A DNA stretch of 64,000 nt from the NCBI GenBank assembly GCA_963667415.1, contig OY763410.1, forward strand, positions 656,657-720,656, given 5' to 3'. Made by a program: the position numbers and the translations under genes. Position 1 is the stretch's first letter. Each line of letters begins with the position of its first letter. Shown piece by piece: positions 7,497-16,886 of this stretch. The DNA comes from Dehalococcoidia bacterium. GTDB taxonomy: Bacteria > Chloroflexota > Dehalococcoidia > Lucifugimonadales > UBA3495. Under the pieces are notes generated by a model that was not told the DNA's origin, made no database searches, and was given only the letters and a program-made list of their open reading frames with translations.

Positions 7497-9473
7497 TTAC
7501 TGACGGTGCTTGATGTACTCGAAGCCGGAGGGAGACCGGACTTCACTGAAGTCAATGGGCCGCCACTCGGGGTCGAGCCGCACACCGATGGGCCAGATCC
7601 CATCGTGGGCGTAGAGGGCGAAAGCCATGACGTTGTCATAGAACCAGCCATAGACATTGCGCTCTTTCTCGGCTACCAGTGCCGGGTTGGTCTCCGCCAG
7701 CAGGTCGGTAATGGCTTCCTCCATCCACGGGTGTTCCGTGCCGTAGCTGAAGGTTGACTTCGCCACGTAGTTGGAGGCGCCGATGGCTGGGGTCAGGCGC
7801 TGGCTGACGGTGTGGCAGGTCGCGCCCTGGAACGTGCGGGTGATAAGTTCCGGCCTGATGGTGGCGTAGGGAATGCTCTGGAGGTCGACATTGATTCCCG
7901 CTTCCTCCCAGTAGCCGGCAACCGCTTGACACGCTTCAACCTCGGCGGGTGCCCCACGGATGGCCGGGACCAGGGTGATGGTGAACTTGTTGTCGGGACC
8001 GTAGCCAGCCTCAGCCAGCAGTTCACGGGCCCTGTCGGGGTCGTACTCGTGGACCCAGCGCGGATCGGCCTTGGCTTCATGGCCCATCCAGTCCCTCAGA
8101 GTCAGCGGCTGGCCGAACCCGGAGAGCAGGGTGTCCACTATCTCCTGGCGGTTGATGGCTATGGCCATGGCCTTCTTGACCTTGACTGCGGTCAGCCATT
8201 CGTCGGAGGTGGGGTCTTCGTTGCAGGACACCCAGGCATTTTCGCAATCCAAGTGCTCGTATGGATTGCCTTCCTTGTCCACGCCGTAGGTCTGGCCGTA
8301 GATGTTCAGACCGGCCTGTCCGGCGTTGGGCCAAGCGACGATTTCAGTGCCTTCCACCGCCTGGACTGCGTCCAGGGAGTCGAAAGCCATCTCCATGATG
8401 TCCAGATCGCCTGCCTGGAAGCCCGCTATGCGAGTGGCCTCCTCGGGGATGGACCACATGTTGAATTCCGCGAAGTACGGGGTCTGCCGCCAGTGATTCT
8501 CCACTGCTGAGAAGCGCCAGACGCGACCGCTGTCGTGGGATTCCACCTTCCAAGGGCCGGTGGCCGAGATGTCTTTGCTGGCCTCTTTGGCGGCCGCTTC
8601 GTATTCCTCGGTCGTCACACCGGGCTCGCTGTAGCGCTCGTCCCAGTTGCCGCCAGCCTGCTCGAACTTGTCGCGGGTCTGCTGCATGCTGACGATGGTC
8701 GTGCTCACGCCGCCCAGGTGGCGCATGAACTCGAAGGCCCGCTGCTGGAGCCAGGGCTCGCCGGTATCGAGTTCCACTGTGTAGTCGTCGATAATAGTCT
8801 GGGAACCGCCGGCATTGCCGACCCAGAAGTCGCCGATGATTCCGGCCCGGGCATTGAGAGAGCCCTCGTGCCATTCCTTGTAGTTCCACAGCACGTCGTT
8901 GATGGTCAGGTTTCCACAGCTATCGGTGCCGGAGGCGCCGCACTTGTTGTGGAACTCGACGTCGTCCCGGACCTTGAAAGTCCAGAACTGGCCGTCATCG
9001 GAAATGTCCCACTCTGAAGCCAGCAGCGGCCCAGGCGAGAGGTCTTGCTGAATCGCAACCATGGACTCGCCGAACGAAACAGCGGAGTACTGGACCCGCG
9101 GGCTAGACATAAACCGCGGATGCCCTTCAAAGACGCCCGTTTCCTTGACGCCGTAGTTCATCACGCCTTCCGGCGCGTGGGAAGGTTCAGCTGCCCTTGT
9201 GGGAGCTGGCATGGGCGTCGAAGTGGGCGGCACCGCGGTGGCCTGTGGCTGTGCGGTGGCCTCGGGCGAGGTTGTCGCGGCCGCAGCAGTAGTGGCTGCA
9301 GGGGCCGTCGTGGCAGCCGGAGCTGACGTCGCAGCCGGCGCCGTCGTCGCTGCAGGAGCCGCAGTGGGCTCTTCCTCTTCCGCAGCGCCGCCGCAGGCGA
9401 CTACCAGCGCCAATGCCAACGCCAGCGCGACTGGGAGCCAGAGTTTGGTGTATAGCGCTCTTGGGTTAATCAC
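7497..9473 (-). CDS. ABC transporter substrate-binding lipoprotein (family 5, peptide/nickel type) with long Ala/Thr/Pro linker
   Basis: The ORF track starts at 9497. GTG 9473 is preceded by AAAGGAGAC and yields the signal peptide MINPRALYTKLWLPVALALALALVVAC (lipobox VVAC). A low-complexity linker follows, then an SBP_bac_5-like body. Confidence 0.88.
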   Translation of the reverse strand: MINPRALYTKLWLPVALALALALVVACGGAAEEEEPTAAPAATTAPAATSAPAATTAPAATTAAAATTSPEATAQPQATAVPPTSTPMPAPTRAAEPSHAPEGVMNYGVKETGVFEGHPRFMSSPRVQYSAVSFGESMVAIQQDLSPGPLLASEWDISDDGQFWTFKVRDDVEFHNKCGASGTDSCGNLTINDVLWNYKEWHEGSLNARAGIIGDFWVGNAGGSQTIIDDYTVELDTGEPWLQQRAFEFMRHLGGVSTTIVSMQQTRDKFEQAGGNWDERYSEPGVTTEEYEAAAKEASKDISATGPWKVESHDSGRVWRFSAVENHWRQTPYFAEFNMWSIPEEATRIAGFQAGDLDIMEMAFDSLDAVQAVEGTEIVAWPNAGQAGLNIYGQTYGVDKEGNPYEHLDCENAWVSCNEDPTSDEWLTAVKVKKAMAIAINRQEIVDTLLSGFGQPLTLRDWMGHEAKADPRWVHEYDPDRARELLAEAGYGPDNKFTITLVPAIRGAPAEVEACQAVAGYWEEAGINVDLQSIPYATIRPELITRTFQGATCHTVSQRLTPAIGASNYVAKSTFSYGTEHPWMEEAITDLLAETNPALVAEKERNVYGWFYDNVMAFALYAHDGIWPIGVRLDPEWRPIDFSEVRSPSGFEYIKHRQ

Positions 9474-9553
9474 TTTGTCTCCTTTCCAATTACACACAAC
9501 TACACCCCCAACGGGTATTGTCCTACCGGCGGGAGTGCGTGCTTAGCGGATGT

Positions 9554-9582
9554 CTTATATTGACTTTCGCGATTTTTGTCAA
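9554..9582 (-). promoter_or_regulatory. sigma70-like promoter TTGACA-N17-TATAAG for the ABC importer operon
   Basis: On the minus strand: TTGACA (9582..9577), a 17-nt spacer, then TATAAG (9559..9554). It lies about 80 nt upstream of the SBP start. Confidence 0.5.
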
Positions 9583-9750
9583 GTGGCTGCTTGCGACGCC
9601 TCTCCGTGACGGTCTCAAATAGGCGCGAGACGAATATCGTAAGAATGAAGGAAAATGCTCGCAGTTTCGTATGAACTGCAGGCGAATTGAAAGATTACCG
9701 ATACAGGAAAATTGCCCGAATAATGGCCAAATTGGCCTAATCGGGCTCGT

Positions 9751-10611
9751 TTAGCGCTCGCCCCGCAGGAATTTCTCGACGTCGCGCAACAACTCTTCGG
9801 GGTCGAGAGGACTGGTGGTGGCGGCGCTTTCGTCGTACTGCCCTTCCAGCTTGGCCACGTAGGACCCGATCTGTTCGTCGGCCTGGATGGCGCGTGCGAC
9901 TTCCTCGTCGAACTTGGCGGCGGCGCCCCGCAACTCCTCCAGCTCGAGCGGTAAGCGCAGCAGGCGGGTGAGAGGCTGGAGCAGCGAATAGGCCACCCGG
10001 TAGTTGGGGGCTGCCTGTAGGTAGTGGGGAGTGTGCCCCCAGATGGACGAATACCCAAGCCCCTGCTTGACGCAGGCGTCCATAACGGAGGAGCTGATTC
10101 CGGTTGGCCCCTGGTAGTTGGAGGAACGTATCTCCCGTCCTTCCAAAAACTCAGACAAGTCAGGCCGGGTCGCGGTACCGCTCAGCTTTACCGGGCGGGT
10201 GTGAGGCACTGCGTCCAACAGGGAGCCGACGTGGATTACCGTCTCCACTCCGTGCTCCTTTGCCAGACTCGCCACTCCCTGGGAATAGGTTCGCCACCGC
10301 AGGTTGGGCTCGACTCCGGTGAAGACCATGATGCCGCTGCCGGTATCCGGGTTATCGAGGTGAAAGAACTCGTTGGCGGGCCAGTGGATGTGCCGCTTTC
10401 CGTCGCGGGTCCGGGTGGTTGTGGGCCTGGTCTGGGTGAAGTCGTAGAACTCCTCCGGGTCGAACTCTGCGAACTTTCTCGCCTTGAGCCTCCGCTTCAG
10501 GAACTTGACCGCGCTGGTTGCGCCCTCTGCGGCATCGGCCCATCCGCTGAACGCTATCAGCAGCGTGCTCAGCTTGCCCTCCGGCTGGTGGTCAACGGAA
10601 AGAAAGTCCAT
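9751..10611 (-). CDS. PAC2 (proteasome assembly chaperone 2-like) family protein
   Basis: 286 aa. The pattern LLIAFSGWADAAEGATSAV...GVEPNLRW...VIHVGSLLDAVPHTRP matches bacterial PAC2-family proteins as I recall them. Confidence 0.7.
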   Translation of the reverse strand: MDFLSVDHQPEGKLSTLLIAFSGWADAAEGATSAVKFLKRRLKARKFAEFDPEEFYDFTQTRPTTTRTRDGKRHIHWPANEFFHLDNPDTGSGIMVFTGVEPNLRWRTYSQGVASLAKEHGVETVIHVGSLLDAVPHTRPVKLSGTATRPDLSEFLEGREIRSSNYQGPTGISSSVMDACVKQGLGYSSIWGHTPHYLQAAPNYRVAYSLLQPLTRLLRLPLELEELRGAAAKFDEEVARAIQADEQIGSYVAKLEGQYDESAATTSPLDPEELLRDVEKFLRGER

Positions 10612-10783
10612 CGTGCTCCCACGCTGGTAAGAATGGCCAAATCAGTCTAACACAGGGAGCAAAGAGGCGCGAAAATCGGCGACCCCGCCGCCTTATTCCA
10701 TGGTTGCAATGCCCTTATTCCGACCGGTTTCGCTCCCGGCCAGGACGGCTGCCGTGGCAGGAATCTTGGGGGACAGCCAGCTG

Positions 10784-11917
10784 TTATCCCTCTTCGAAAC
10801 GGTCCAGGCGAAACAGCGAAAGGTCGTGCGGCGTTTCGCCAAACATGGCGAGGTCTGCCATCACCTCGCCGATGACGCTGGCGAACTTGAACCCGTGGCC
10901 CGAGAATCCTGAGGCGAGGGACACCTGCGGGTAGTCTGGGTGTATGTCGATGATGAAGTGTCCGTCTGGAGAGTTGGTGAACATGCAGGTCTTGAGCGAC
11001 AGCGCCGGTCCGGCCGCGGCGGGGAAATAGCGCTCCACGAAGTTTCTCAGAAGCGTTTCGTCCTCATCGTGAATGTCTCGGTCCAGGTTGTCGGGGTCAA
11101 CGGTCTGGTGCAGGTGGTGCGACCGTCCCACCTTGAAACCTGGCACCCCGTATACCGGGAAGCCATAAAATCGCCCCTCGTCCACGTAGAGCCCGAACAC
11201 AGGGAAGGTGTCGGTCCGGAACAGGTCCGGCCTCTCGGGCTGGAACCATCCCAGCACCTGCCGTTCCGCCACCGCGAACTTCGCCAGCGCCGGTGCGATC
11301 TTCGCGGCCCACGCCCCGGCGGAGACCACCAGGCGCGCCCCGCGGTAGCTTCCCCGGTCGGTGTGTACGACCACGCCCTCGCCCGACGGCTCCCAGTCCA
11401 GCACACGCTCGCGCCCGTGGACTTCGGCGCCCGCCTCCAGGGCAGCATTGACGTGATTGACGATGCATCTTTCCGGCAGCAGGAATCCCCCGTCGGCCTG
11501 GTATACGGCGGAGATATCGTGTTCGAAGCTGTAGCCGGGGAACCTGCGGCTGGTCTCGGTGCCGGTGAGAACCTCGTATGGTATGTGGTGCTCCTCGCAG
11601 GCCGCGATGGCTCCCTGGAAGTATTCGTCCTCGGCATATCCGGCGCGGATTGAGCCGGTGGTGACGAGCAGCTTCTCCCGCGATGCGTTTTCCAGCTGGT
11701 GCCATAACTCGTAGGCCCGTCGCACCAGCGGCACGTAGGAGGGGTGCTCCTGCAGCGTGTAGCGGATCATCCGGGAATAGCCGTGGGACGAACCCATCTC
11801 ATGGGGTACGTCGAATTGCTCCAGGCCCAATGCCTTCCAGCCACGACTGGCAAGGTGGTACAGCGTGGCGCTTCCCATGCCGCCCACACCGATGACAATG
11901 GCGTCGTATTCCTTCAT
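10784..11917 (-). CDS. FAD-dependent sarcosine / N-methyltryptophan oxidase family enzyme (monomeric MSOX/MTOX type)
   Basis: 377 aa with the dinucleotide-binding motif YDAIVIGVGGMGSATLYHLA and the MSOX-like segment GSSHGYSRMIR. Confidence 0.85.
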   Translation of the reverse strand: MKEYDAIVIGVGGMGSATLYHLASRGWKALGLEQFDVPHEMGSSHGYSRMIRYTLQEHPSYVPLVRRAYELWHQLENASREKLLVTTGSIRAGYAEDEYFQGAIAACEEHHIPYEVLTGTETSRRFPGYSFEHDISAVYQADGGFLLPERCIVNHVNAALEAGAEVHGRERVLDWEPSGEGVVVHTDRGSYRGARLVVSAGAWAAKIAPALAKFAVAERQVLGWFQPERPDLFRTDTFPVFGLYVDEGRFYGFPVYGVPGFKVGRSHHLHQTVDPDNLDRDIHDEDETLLRNFVERYFPAAAGPALSLKTCMFTNSPDGHFIIDIHPDYPQVSLASGFSGHGFKFASVIGEVMADLAMFGETPHDLSLFRLDRFEEG

Positions 11918-12007
11918 AACCTCGGTCCCACAAGAAAAGTTCCCTCTCCCCTGAGGGAGAGGGTCATGATGGCGGGATTACCCGCAAGGATCAGTCTACA
12001 CCAGCGC

Positions 12008-12913
12008 CTACCCGCGGGGAATTTCGGTTCCGGGCGTGGTCATACTCAGGGAATAGACCGAGGTGCGGGCAGTGAACAGCATGGTGCGATTGTCATCGCC
12101 GCCCCAAGCGCAGTTGGCCGGTATTTCGGGGAGACGTATGACGCCCATTTTATTGCCCGCGCTGTCGAATACCCAGCAGCCGCCGGGACCGGTGCAGTAA
12201 ACGCGGCCTTCGACGTCGACCTTCATGCCGTCGGGAACGCCGTCCTCGGCAGAGTGCATGGTAGCGAACAGTCGATTGTTGCTCAGCGCACCGTCGGCGG
12301 AAACGTCGAAAGCTCGAATGATCTGGTGCGCACAGACTTCTCCTCGCTCCTTCTGGCCTATGCAGCTGTCGTCCAACCTGGTGATTGCCACGTACAGAAT
12401 GCTCTCGTCGGGCGAGAATGCGAGGCCGTTCGGGTATTCGGTGTCGCGGGTAGCCACAGTGTGGCTGCCGGTCATCGAGACGCGGTGAACGCCACTGAAG
12501 TCCAGCTCACGTTCCTCCGCCGTTAGGCGACCGTTGGGGTCTGTGAAGTACAGCGAACCGTCGGAGCGGCTTACAACGTCGTTGGGGCGGTTGATGCGCT
12601 TCCCGTCGATGTGGGTCGCGATAGCCGAATAGGAGCCGTCGGAGTTCCGACGGCCCAGTTGGCGGTTATCTCCCTCGCAGAGGACCAGGTTGCCGGCCAG
12701 ATCGAAGGTGAGGCCGTTGGAGCCGCCGCTGTTGTCGCGGAAAACCGAATGCTGTCCGTCTGGCGTCATCCGGTGAACCAGTGACGCGCGTATGTCAACG
12801 AATAGCCAGTAGCCGTCGGGGTGCCACAACGGCCCTTCGGTAAACCCGAAGCCAGTGGCGAGTTGCTGCGCTTCCGCGCCGGATTCCACAATGCCGGGTA
12901 GCAAGTCCGCCAT
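12008..12913 (-). CDS. SMP-30/gluconolactonase/LRE-family beta-propeller hydrolase
   Basis: 301 aa with FTEGPLWHPDG, NGLTFD, RPNDVV..DGSLYFTDP and PNGLAFSPDE repeats, typical of the family. Confidence 0.85.
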   Translation of the reverse strand: MADLLPGIVESGAEAQQLATGFGFTEGPLWHPDGYWLFVDIRASLVHRMTPDGQHSVFRDNSGGSNGLTFDLAGNLVLCEGDNRQLGRRNSDGSYSAIATHIDGKRINRPNDVVSRSDGSLYFTDPNGRLTAEERELDFSGVHRVSMTGSHTVATRDTEYPNGLAFSPDESILYVAITRLDDSCIGQKERGEVCAHQIIRAFDVSADGALSNNRLFATMHSAEDGVPDGMKVDVEGRVYCTGPGGCWVFDSAGNKMGVIRLPEIPANCAWGGDDNRTMLFTARTSVYSLSMTTPGTEIPRG

Positions 12914-12996
12914 ACTTCCCCCTGTCGGTGAAGAGTTGGTGATTGTCGATGGAGAGATTGCGGCCGGTTACACATTCACTCCCCTGAATTACGCCT

Positions 12997-13905
12997 TCAG
13001 TCCCGGAGGTGCGACAGGTACTGCTCCTCAAAGTCCATACCCGCTATATCGCTGAAGGACTTCATAAGTCGTCGGGTAACTGGTCCCGGCGTATTCCCGT
13101 CTCCGATACCGGTCCCATTGACCGAGGAGACCGGGCAGATGCACAGGCTGGTCGAGGTCAGGAATGCCTCGTCGGCGGTGTAGGCATCGAACAGGTCGAG
13201 GTCGCGTTCCGTCGTTTCCATACCCAGCCCGTCGGCCAGGTCCAGCACGGTGCGGCGGGTAATTCCCTCCAGCACGTATTGTCCCTTGGGCGTGGCGACG
13301 GCACCGTCCTTGACCAGGAAGATGTTGGAGCCGCGACCCTCCGTCAGGTTGCCCGCTTCGTCCAGCAGGATGGCCCAGGAGCCCGGGTCCGTTCCCTGCG
13401 CTTCCAGGTCGCCAAGCACGAGGTTCAGGTAGTTGTGCGTCTTTGCTCTCGGGCTCATGAAGCGCGGCGGCACGCGGGGCACCGAAGGCGTGGTGACCCT
13501 TGCGCCGTCCCGGTACAGCGGTGCCCGTGAGACAAAGGGTATGGCGTGAGTCTCAATGAGCACCGTCGGCGCTGCCTCACCGGGGCCTTCGACGCCTCGG
13601 GTGATTCGCTGCATCACCCACATGTCCTGGCCGGGAGGCAGTAGCGGATAGTTGTGCTCGACTACCTTGCGCGACCAGTCCTCCATCTCTTCCATGCCGA
13701 TGCCCGGGTCGATACGCACGTATCGCAGGGAATCGTAAAGGCGCTTCACGTGTTCCGTGAGCTTGAAGGGGATGCCGCTGAACGTACGCGCCGCATCGAA
13801 GACCGCGTCGCCGTAGATGAATCCCCTGTCGCGAATGGGGATGCCGGCCTGCGATTCGGGAACCAGGGCCCCATTTAGGAAAACTATCGGTTCGGTATTG
13901 GCCAT
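12997..13905 (-). CDS. class IV aminotransferase (branched-chain / D-amino-acid aminotransferase family)
   Basis: The true start is taken as ATG 13905 (MANTEPIVFLNG...), preceded by GGGAGGGG. The upstream 121 codons of the tracked ORF are Arg/Gly/His-rich and do not look coding. The motif RGFIYGDAVFD is typical of fold type IV. Confidence 0.85.
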   Translation of the reverse strand: MANTEPIVFLNGALVPESQAGIPIRDRGFIYGDAVFDAARTFSGIPFKLTEHVKRLYDSLRYVRIDPGIGMEEMEDWSRKVVEHNYPLLPPGQDMWVMQRITRGVEGPGEAAPTVLIETHAIPFVSRAPLYRDGARVTTPSVPRVPPRFMSPRAKTHNYLNLVLGDLEAQGTDPGSWAILLDEAGNLTEGRGSNIFLVKDGAVATPKGQYVLEGITRRTVLDLADGLGMETTERDLDLFDAYTADEAFLTSTSLCICPVSSVNGTGIGDGNTPGPVTRRLMKSFSDIAGMDFEEQYLSHLRD

Positions 13906-14023
13906 GTCGCCCCTCCCGGCGTCTGGGCGCCGGTGGTAATTTCGCCAAATGATACCAGCAAGCCATTGGTGCTGCCAGCGGCGTCCATGGCTGCCCTGAC
14001 GTTTGCTGGAGGCTACAGATAGA

Positions 14024-14053
14024 GAAGGCCGGAGGATAAAACCTCCGGCCTTC
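14024..14053 (-). terminator. 12-bp stem hairpin (GAAGGCCGGAGG/CCTCCGGCCTTC) downstream of the DUF11 gene
   Basis: Perfect inverted repeat with a 6-nt loop, about 40 nt after the stop of 14094..15938. On the minus strand it is followed by TCTCTATCTGT. Confidence 0.55.
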
Positions 14054-14093
14054 GTTGGCTCCTTGGTTTGGCTCCCGCAGAAGCGGTCGCGTG

Positions 14094-15938
14094 TTAGCGG
14101 GTTACGATCGGTACTTCCAGGACTCCGCGCTCTTCCGCGTCGCCGGGGAAGGTTACGTCGCCGCCCAGGATGTCGATGCCGTGTCCGATGGCGGTGAACT
14201 CGATGCCCAAGGCATCTTCGGGAAGGAACACACCGTTGCCGGCCACTGCCACGGTTACCACACGCCACTCCCAGGTCTCGCCGACTTCCATTATCCCGAA
14301 TTCGCCGTCGTCGTTGGCGTAGTCGCCACCGACGTACTCCATGGAATCGCGGTCGAGGATGATGCCGGTGGGCTCGACTTCGACGTACACGTCGGTCAGC
14401 GGGGAGTCGCCGTCGTTGGTCTCGGTTACCGTCAGGGTCTGGACGACCAGCCGCAGCACCATGGTGTTGTGTTCGCTGAGTCCGATGGCAGTGCTGGGCC
14501 GCAGGATGCTCACGTTGGCGGTGTCGGAGTTCTCCACCGGTCCGCCGTCAGCGGCGGTGGCGGACACCACGGCCTCCGTGGTCAGGTCGGCCGTCATGGC
14601 CCCGCTGATGCACTCGTAGGTCTCTTCGGCACCGGGAGCGAGACTGTTGTAGCTGTTGTTACATTCCGGAACCGTGATGTTGGACACGATAACGTCAGAG
14701 AGTACAGCATCTCCGGCGTTGCCGATGGTTATGTTGAAAGTGGCCGCGTCGCCTTCGCGGATGATCTGATCCTCGGGGTCGATGGAGATGTACAGATCCA
14801 GGGCGAAGACTTCGACGACTACCTCGTCGGAATCGGTCAGCTTGGCGAGGTTGGCTACCTCACCGGACACCGTGGCGATCACGTCGGTGGTGCCCTGCGG
14901 TAGCTCTTCCTGACATGAGTAGGAGACCACTGCGCCGGCTTCCATGGTGCCAAGTGCATTGTCGCAGCTGGGAGCCCCTGGGACGCTGACCACAACGTTG
15001 TCCAGTGCAGTTGTGCCTGGGATGGTCACTTCGATGGTGAAGGTGGCCAAGTTCCCGATGCGGACACGCTGCAATTCAGGCTCGATGTCGACGCCGATCA
15101 GAACGGTCTCGACCGTTACGTCTGCGCTGTCAGTGGACTCGACCTGTGAAAGCTCGTCAGGCACCCCGCCGACCACCTGACCGATGGCCGTAGCCTCGTT
15201 GATTATGTTATTTCCAGGAATCAGGGTGCAGTTGTAGGTCTCGGAAGCACCTACCGCCAAGGTGGCGAATTGCCTTTCGCAGTCCGCTGCCTGGCGGTCG
15301 GAAACGAACACGTTGGACAGTGCAAAGCCACCTGTGTTGTTCACCGTAACGTCGAAGGAGGCGGGCTGGCCGAGATAAACGAGCTGGGTATCCGGGGTCA
15401 TGATCAGCTCGATACCCGGGGGAGACAGCCGCATGGTGCTCGAGACGGCGCCTGAGGCCGCGGGGGCCACCTCGCCTTCCGGCACGCTCAGGGACACGCC
15501 GCCCTGGTAGTTGGCCCTCGCATTCAGTTCGAGGTTGGTGGCGTCGCCCTGGTCAACTACGTATGTCACGGCGGGGGCAACGAACGGGGCACCCACCTGA
15601 ACCGTGGGCACGGTTCCTGCAACCAGTTGTTCCTCGCCATTGGGGAGCGTGATGGATATCGCGCCGCCCTCGTAGTTGCACGCTATGTCGCCTACGGGCA
15701 ACTCGGGAATGGAGAGGATGACCTGGTAGTTGATCGAGGCGCCGTGGTAGGTCTCAGAAACGAAGGCGCCATTGGAATCCGTGGTAAGAATGGAAATACC
15801 GACCGTGGAGACGTTACACCCTACGGGCTCTTCACCGAAGGCGATGGGGCTCCGCGAAGAAATGAGCGCCCCGATCCCGACGGCGATTACCGCCAGCAAA
15901 ATGAACAGCGGGACAGCATTACGTTGAATTAAACTCAT
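14094..15938 (-). CDS. secreted or cell-surface protein with DUF11-type (conserved repeat domain) Ig-like repeats
   Basis: 614 aa with an N-terminal signal/TM segment (PLFILLAVIAVGIGALI). It has at least three roughly 100-aa repeats of the form FxVTVxNTG..L.NV.VS....C......L..G...TY.C. Confidence 0.75.
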   Translation of the reverse strand: MSLIQRNAVPLFILLAVIAVGIGALISSRSPIAFGEEPVGCNVSTVGISILTTDSNGAFVSETYHGASINYQVILSIPELPVGDIACNYEGGAISITLPNGEEQLVAGTVPTVQVGAPFVAPAVTYVVDQGDATNLELNARANYQGGVSLSVPEGEVAPAASGAVSSTMRLSPPGIELIMTPDTQLVYLGQPASFDVTVNNTGGFALSNVFVSDRQAADCERQFATLAVGASETYNCTLIPGNNIINEATAIGQVVGGVPDELSQVESTDSADVTVETVLIGVDIEPELQRVRIGNLATFTIEVTIPGTTALDNVVVSVPGAPSCDNALGTMEAGAVVSYSCQEELPQGTTDVIATVSGEVANLAKLTDSDEVVVEVFALDLYISIDPEDQIIREGDAATFNITIGNAGDAVLSDVIVSNITVPECNNSYNSLAPGAEETYECISGAMTADLTTEAVVSATAADGGPVENSDTANVSILRPSTAIGLSEHNTMVLRLVVQTLTVTETNDGDSPLTDVYVEVEPTGIILDRDSMEYVGGDYANDDGEFGIMEVGETWEWRVVTVAVAGNGVFLPEDALGIEFTAIGHGIDILGGDVTFPGDAEERGVLEVPIVTR

Positions 15939-16378
15939 CGACGTGGCTCCAAAAAAGATGTGGTCTCCATGGTTAGCCGGTACCCTCTTTACCAGCTTTG
16001 GGCTAGTCGCCCGCAGCCTTACATCTCACCCTATCTTGCGCAACCTCGTTGGGCCGCCCGGCAAGTCCGCAAAGCGTCCGCAACATCTTACTAACACTGG
16101 TTGGGTAATTCAACCGTTTGTGTCCGGCATTTTAGGCTAATTCAGGCCAGTTGCCATACGAAACTCGACATTCCCGTCGCGTATGCCGAATTTCCTGCGG
16201 GCGGTATTCAATCACAGAGTGTTCTCAAGGTCAAGCAGAACAGGCCGGATTCACCACTCGTTCGCTGTTCACAGCCCCGTGAATTCCCTTGATGGATTCT
16301 GCGGGAAATACGTCCGGGCGGCTGGTGCCGGTTGCTAGCACACGCCCAGCCTGGGCCCGGCATTGGGGGCTGACATAT

Positions 16379-16413
16379 ACAACGGCCGGAGGGGAGGGAC
16401 CTCCGGCCGTTGT
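16379..16413. other. 14-bp perfect-stem GC-rich hairpin (ACAACGGCCGGAGG / CCTCCGGCCGTTGT)
   Basis: Inverted repeat with a 7-nt loop inside a roughly 660-nt non-coding stretch. It shares its GGCC-core arms with the hairpins at 14024 and 35113. Confidence 0.6.
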
Positions 16414-16555
16414 TAGGAGATTTGCCGGTATTCGACTGCAACCCGTCTGGCGGTTTGGGTTCGCCGGTCAAGTGCAGGTCCGGCACCCGACGCTTCGACG
16501 GACGAAACGACTTCCATGTCCTGCCCGGGCACCGACGTGAAGGCTTCAAATAAGA

Positions 16556-16580
16556 GACCGCCTGAAAAAGGCTCGCGGTC
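16556..16580 (-). terminator. weak hairpin plus T-tract after the small basic protein gene
   Basis: GACCGC/GCGGTC stem with a 13-nt loop, followed on the minus strand by TCTTATTTG. It lies about 25 nt after the stop at 16604. Confidence 0.3.
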
Positions 16581-16603
16581 CGGTTCGTCCCGAGTTGCTG
16601 TCC

Positions 16604-16831
16604 TTAGGACAGGGCCTTGGCCAACTCTTCGGCTTCAGCTTTGCTGAGAATGCGGAAAACCGAGAGGCTGGGATCTTCTTTGGCCACGCCCTTTGCTGCC
16701 GGGCGGCCGTTTTTCATCGTTACCAGTTCAATCTGGTCCATCTCCACCTTTTTGCGCAGCTTGGTGCAGTAGGCGGTCAGCACAGGCATATTCGACTCCG
16801 CATTCTCGGCTTTTGACCTCCGTGGAGGCAT
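16604..16831 (-). CDS. small basic protein (75 aa), DUF5679-like but lacking most zinc-ribbon cysteines
   Basis: ATG 16831 is preceded by GGAAAGAGGTGA. The product is MPPRRSKAENAESNMPVLTAYCTKLRKKVEMDQIELVTMKNGRPAAKGVAKEDPSLSVFRILSKAEAEELAKALS. The longer tracked ORF (to 17236) has a non-coding-like N-terminus. Confidence 0.6.
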   Translation of the reverse strand: MPPRRSKAENAESNMPVLTAYCTKLRKKVEMDQIELVTMKNGRPAAKGVAKEDPSLSVFRILSKAEAEELAKALS

Positions 16832-16886
16832 AGCATCACCTCTTTCCCTGCGGAACACATAACATAATGCCCCGCAATGTCCAAAT

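Noticed and set aside
13906-14268. 121-codon N-terminal extension of the aminotransferase ORF
   Set aside because: It is Arg/Gly/His-rich and non-coding-like, and it spans the terminator hairpin of the upstream gene. The internal ATG 13905 has a strong SD, and the family N-terminus begins there.
16208-16549. 113-aa minus-strand and 83-aa plus-strand (16289..16540) ORFs in the long non-coding gap
   Set aside because: Their Arg/Pro/Gly/Ser-rich translations have no SD. They mutually overlap on opposite strands and one spans a 14-bp perfect hairpin. I treat the region as non-coding.
16366-16600. Possible tmRNA (the sequence begins GGGGCTGA, like tmRNA 5' ends)
   Set aside because: There is no tRNA-like 3' end (T-arm plus acceptor ending in CCA), no recognisable tag ORF and no pseudoknot pattern. 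The similarity is limited to 8 nt.
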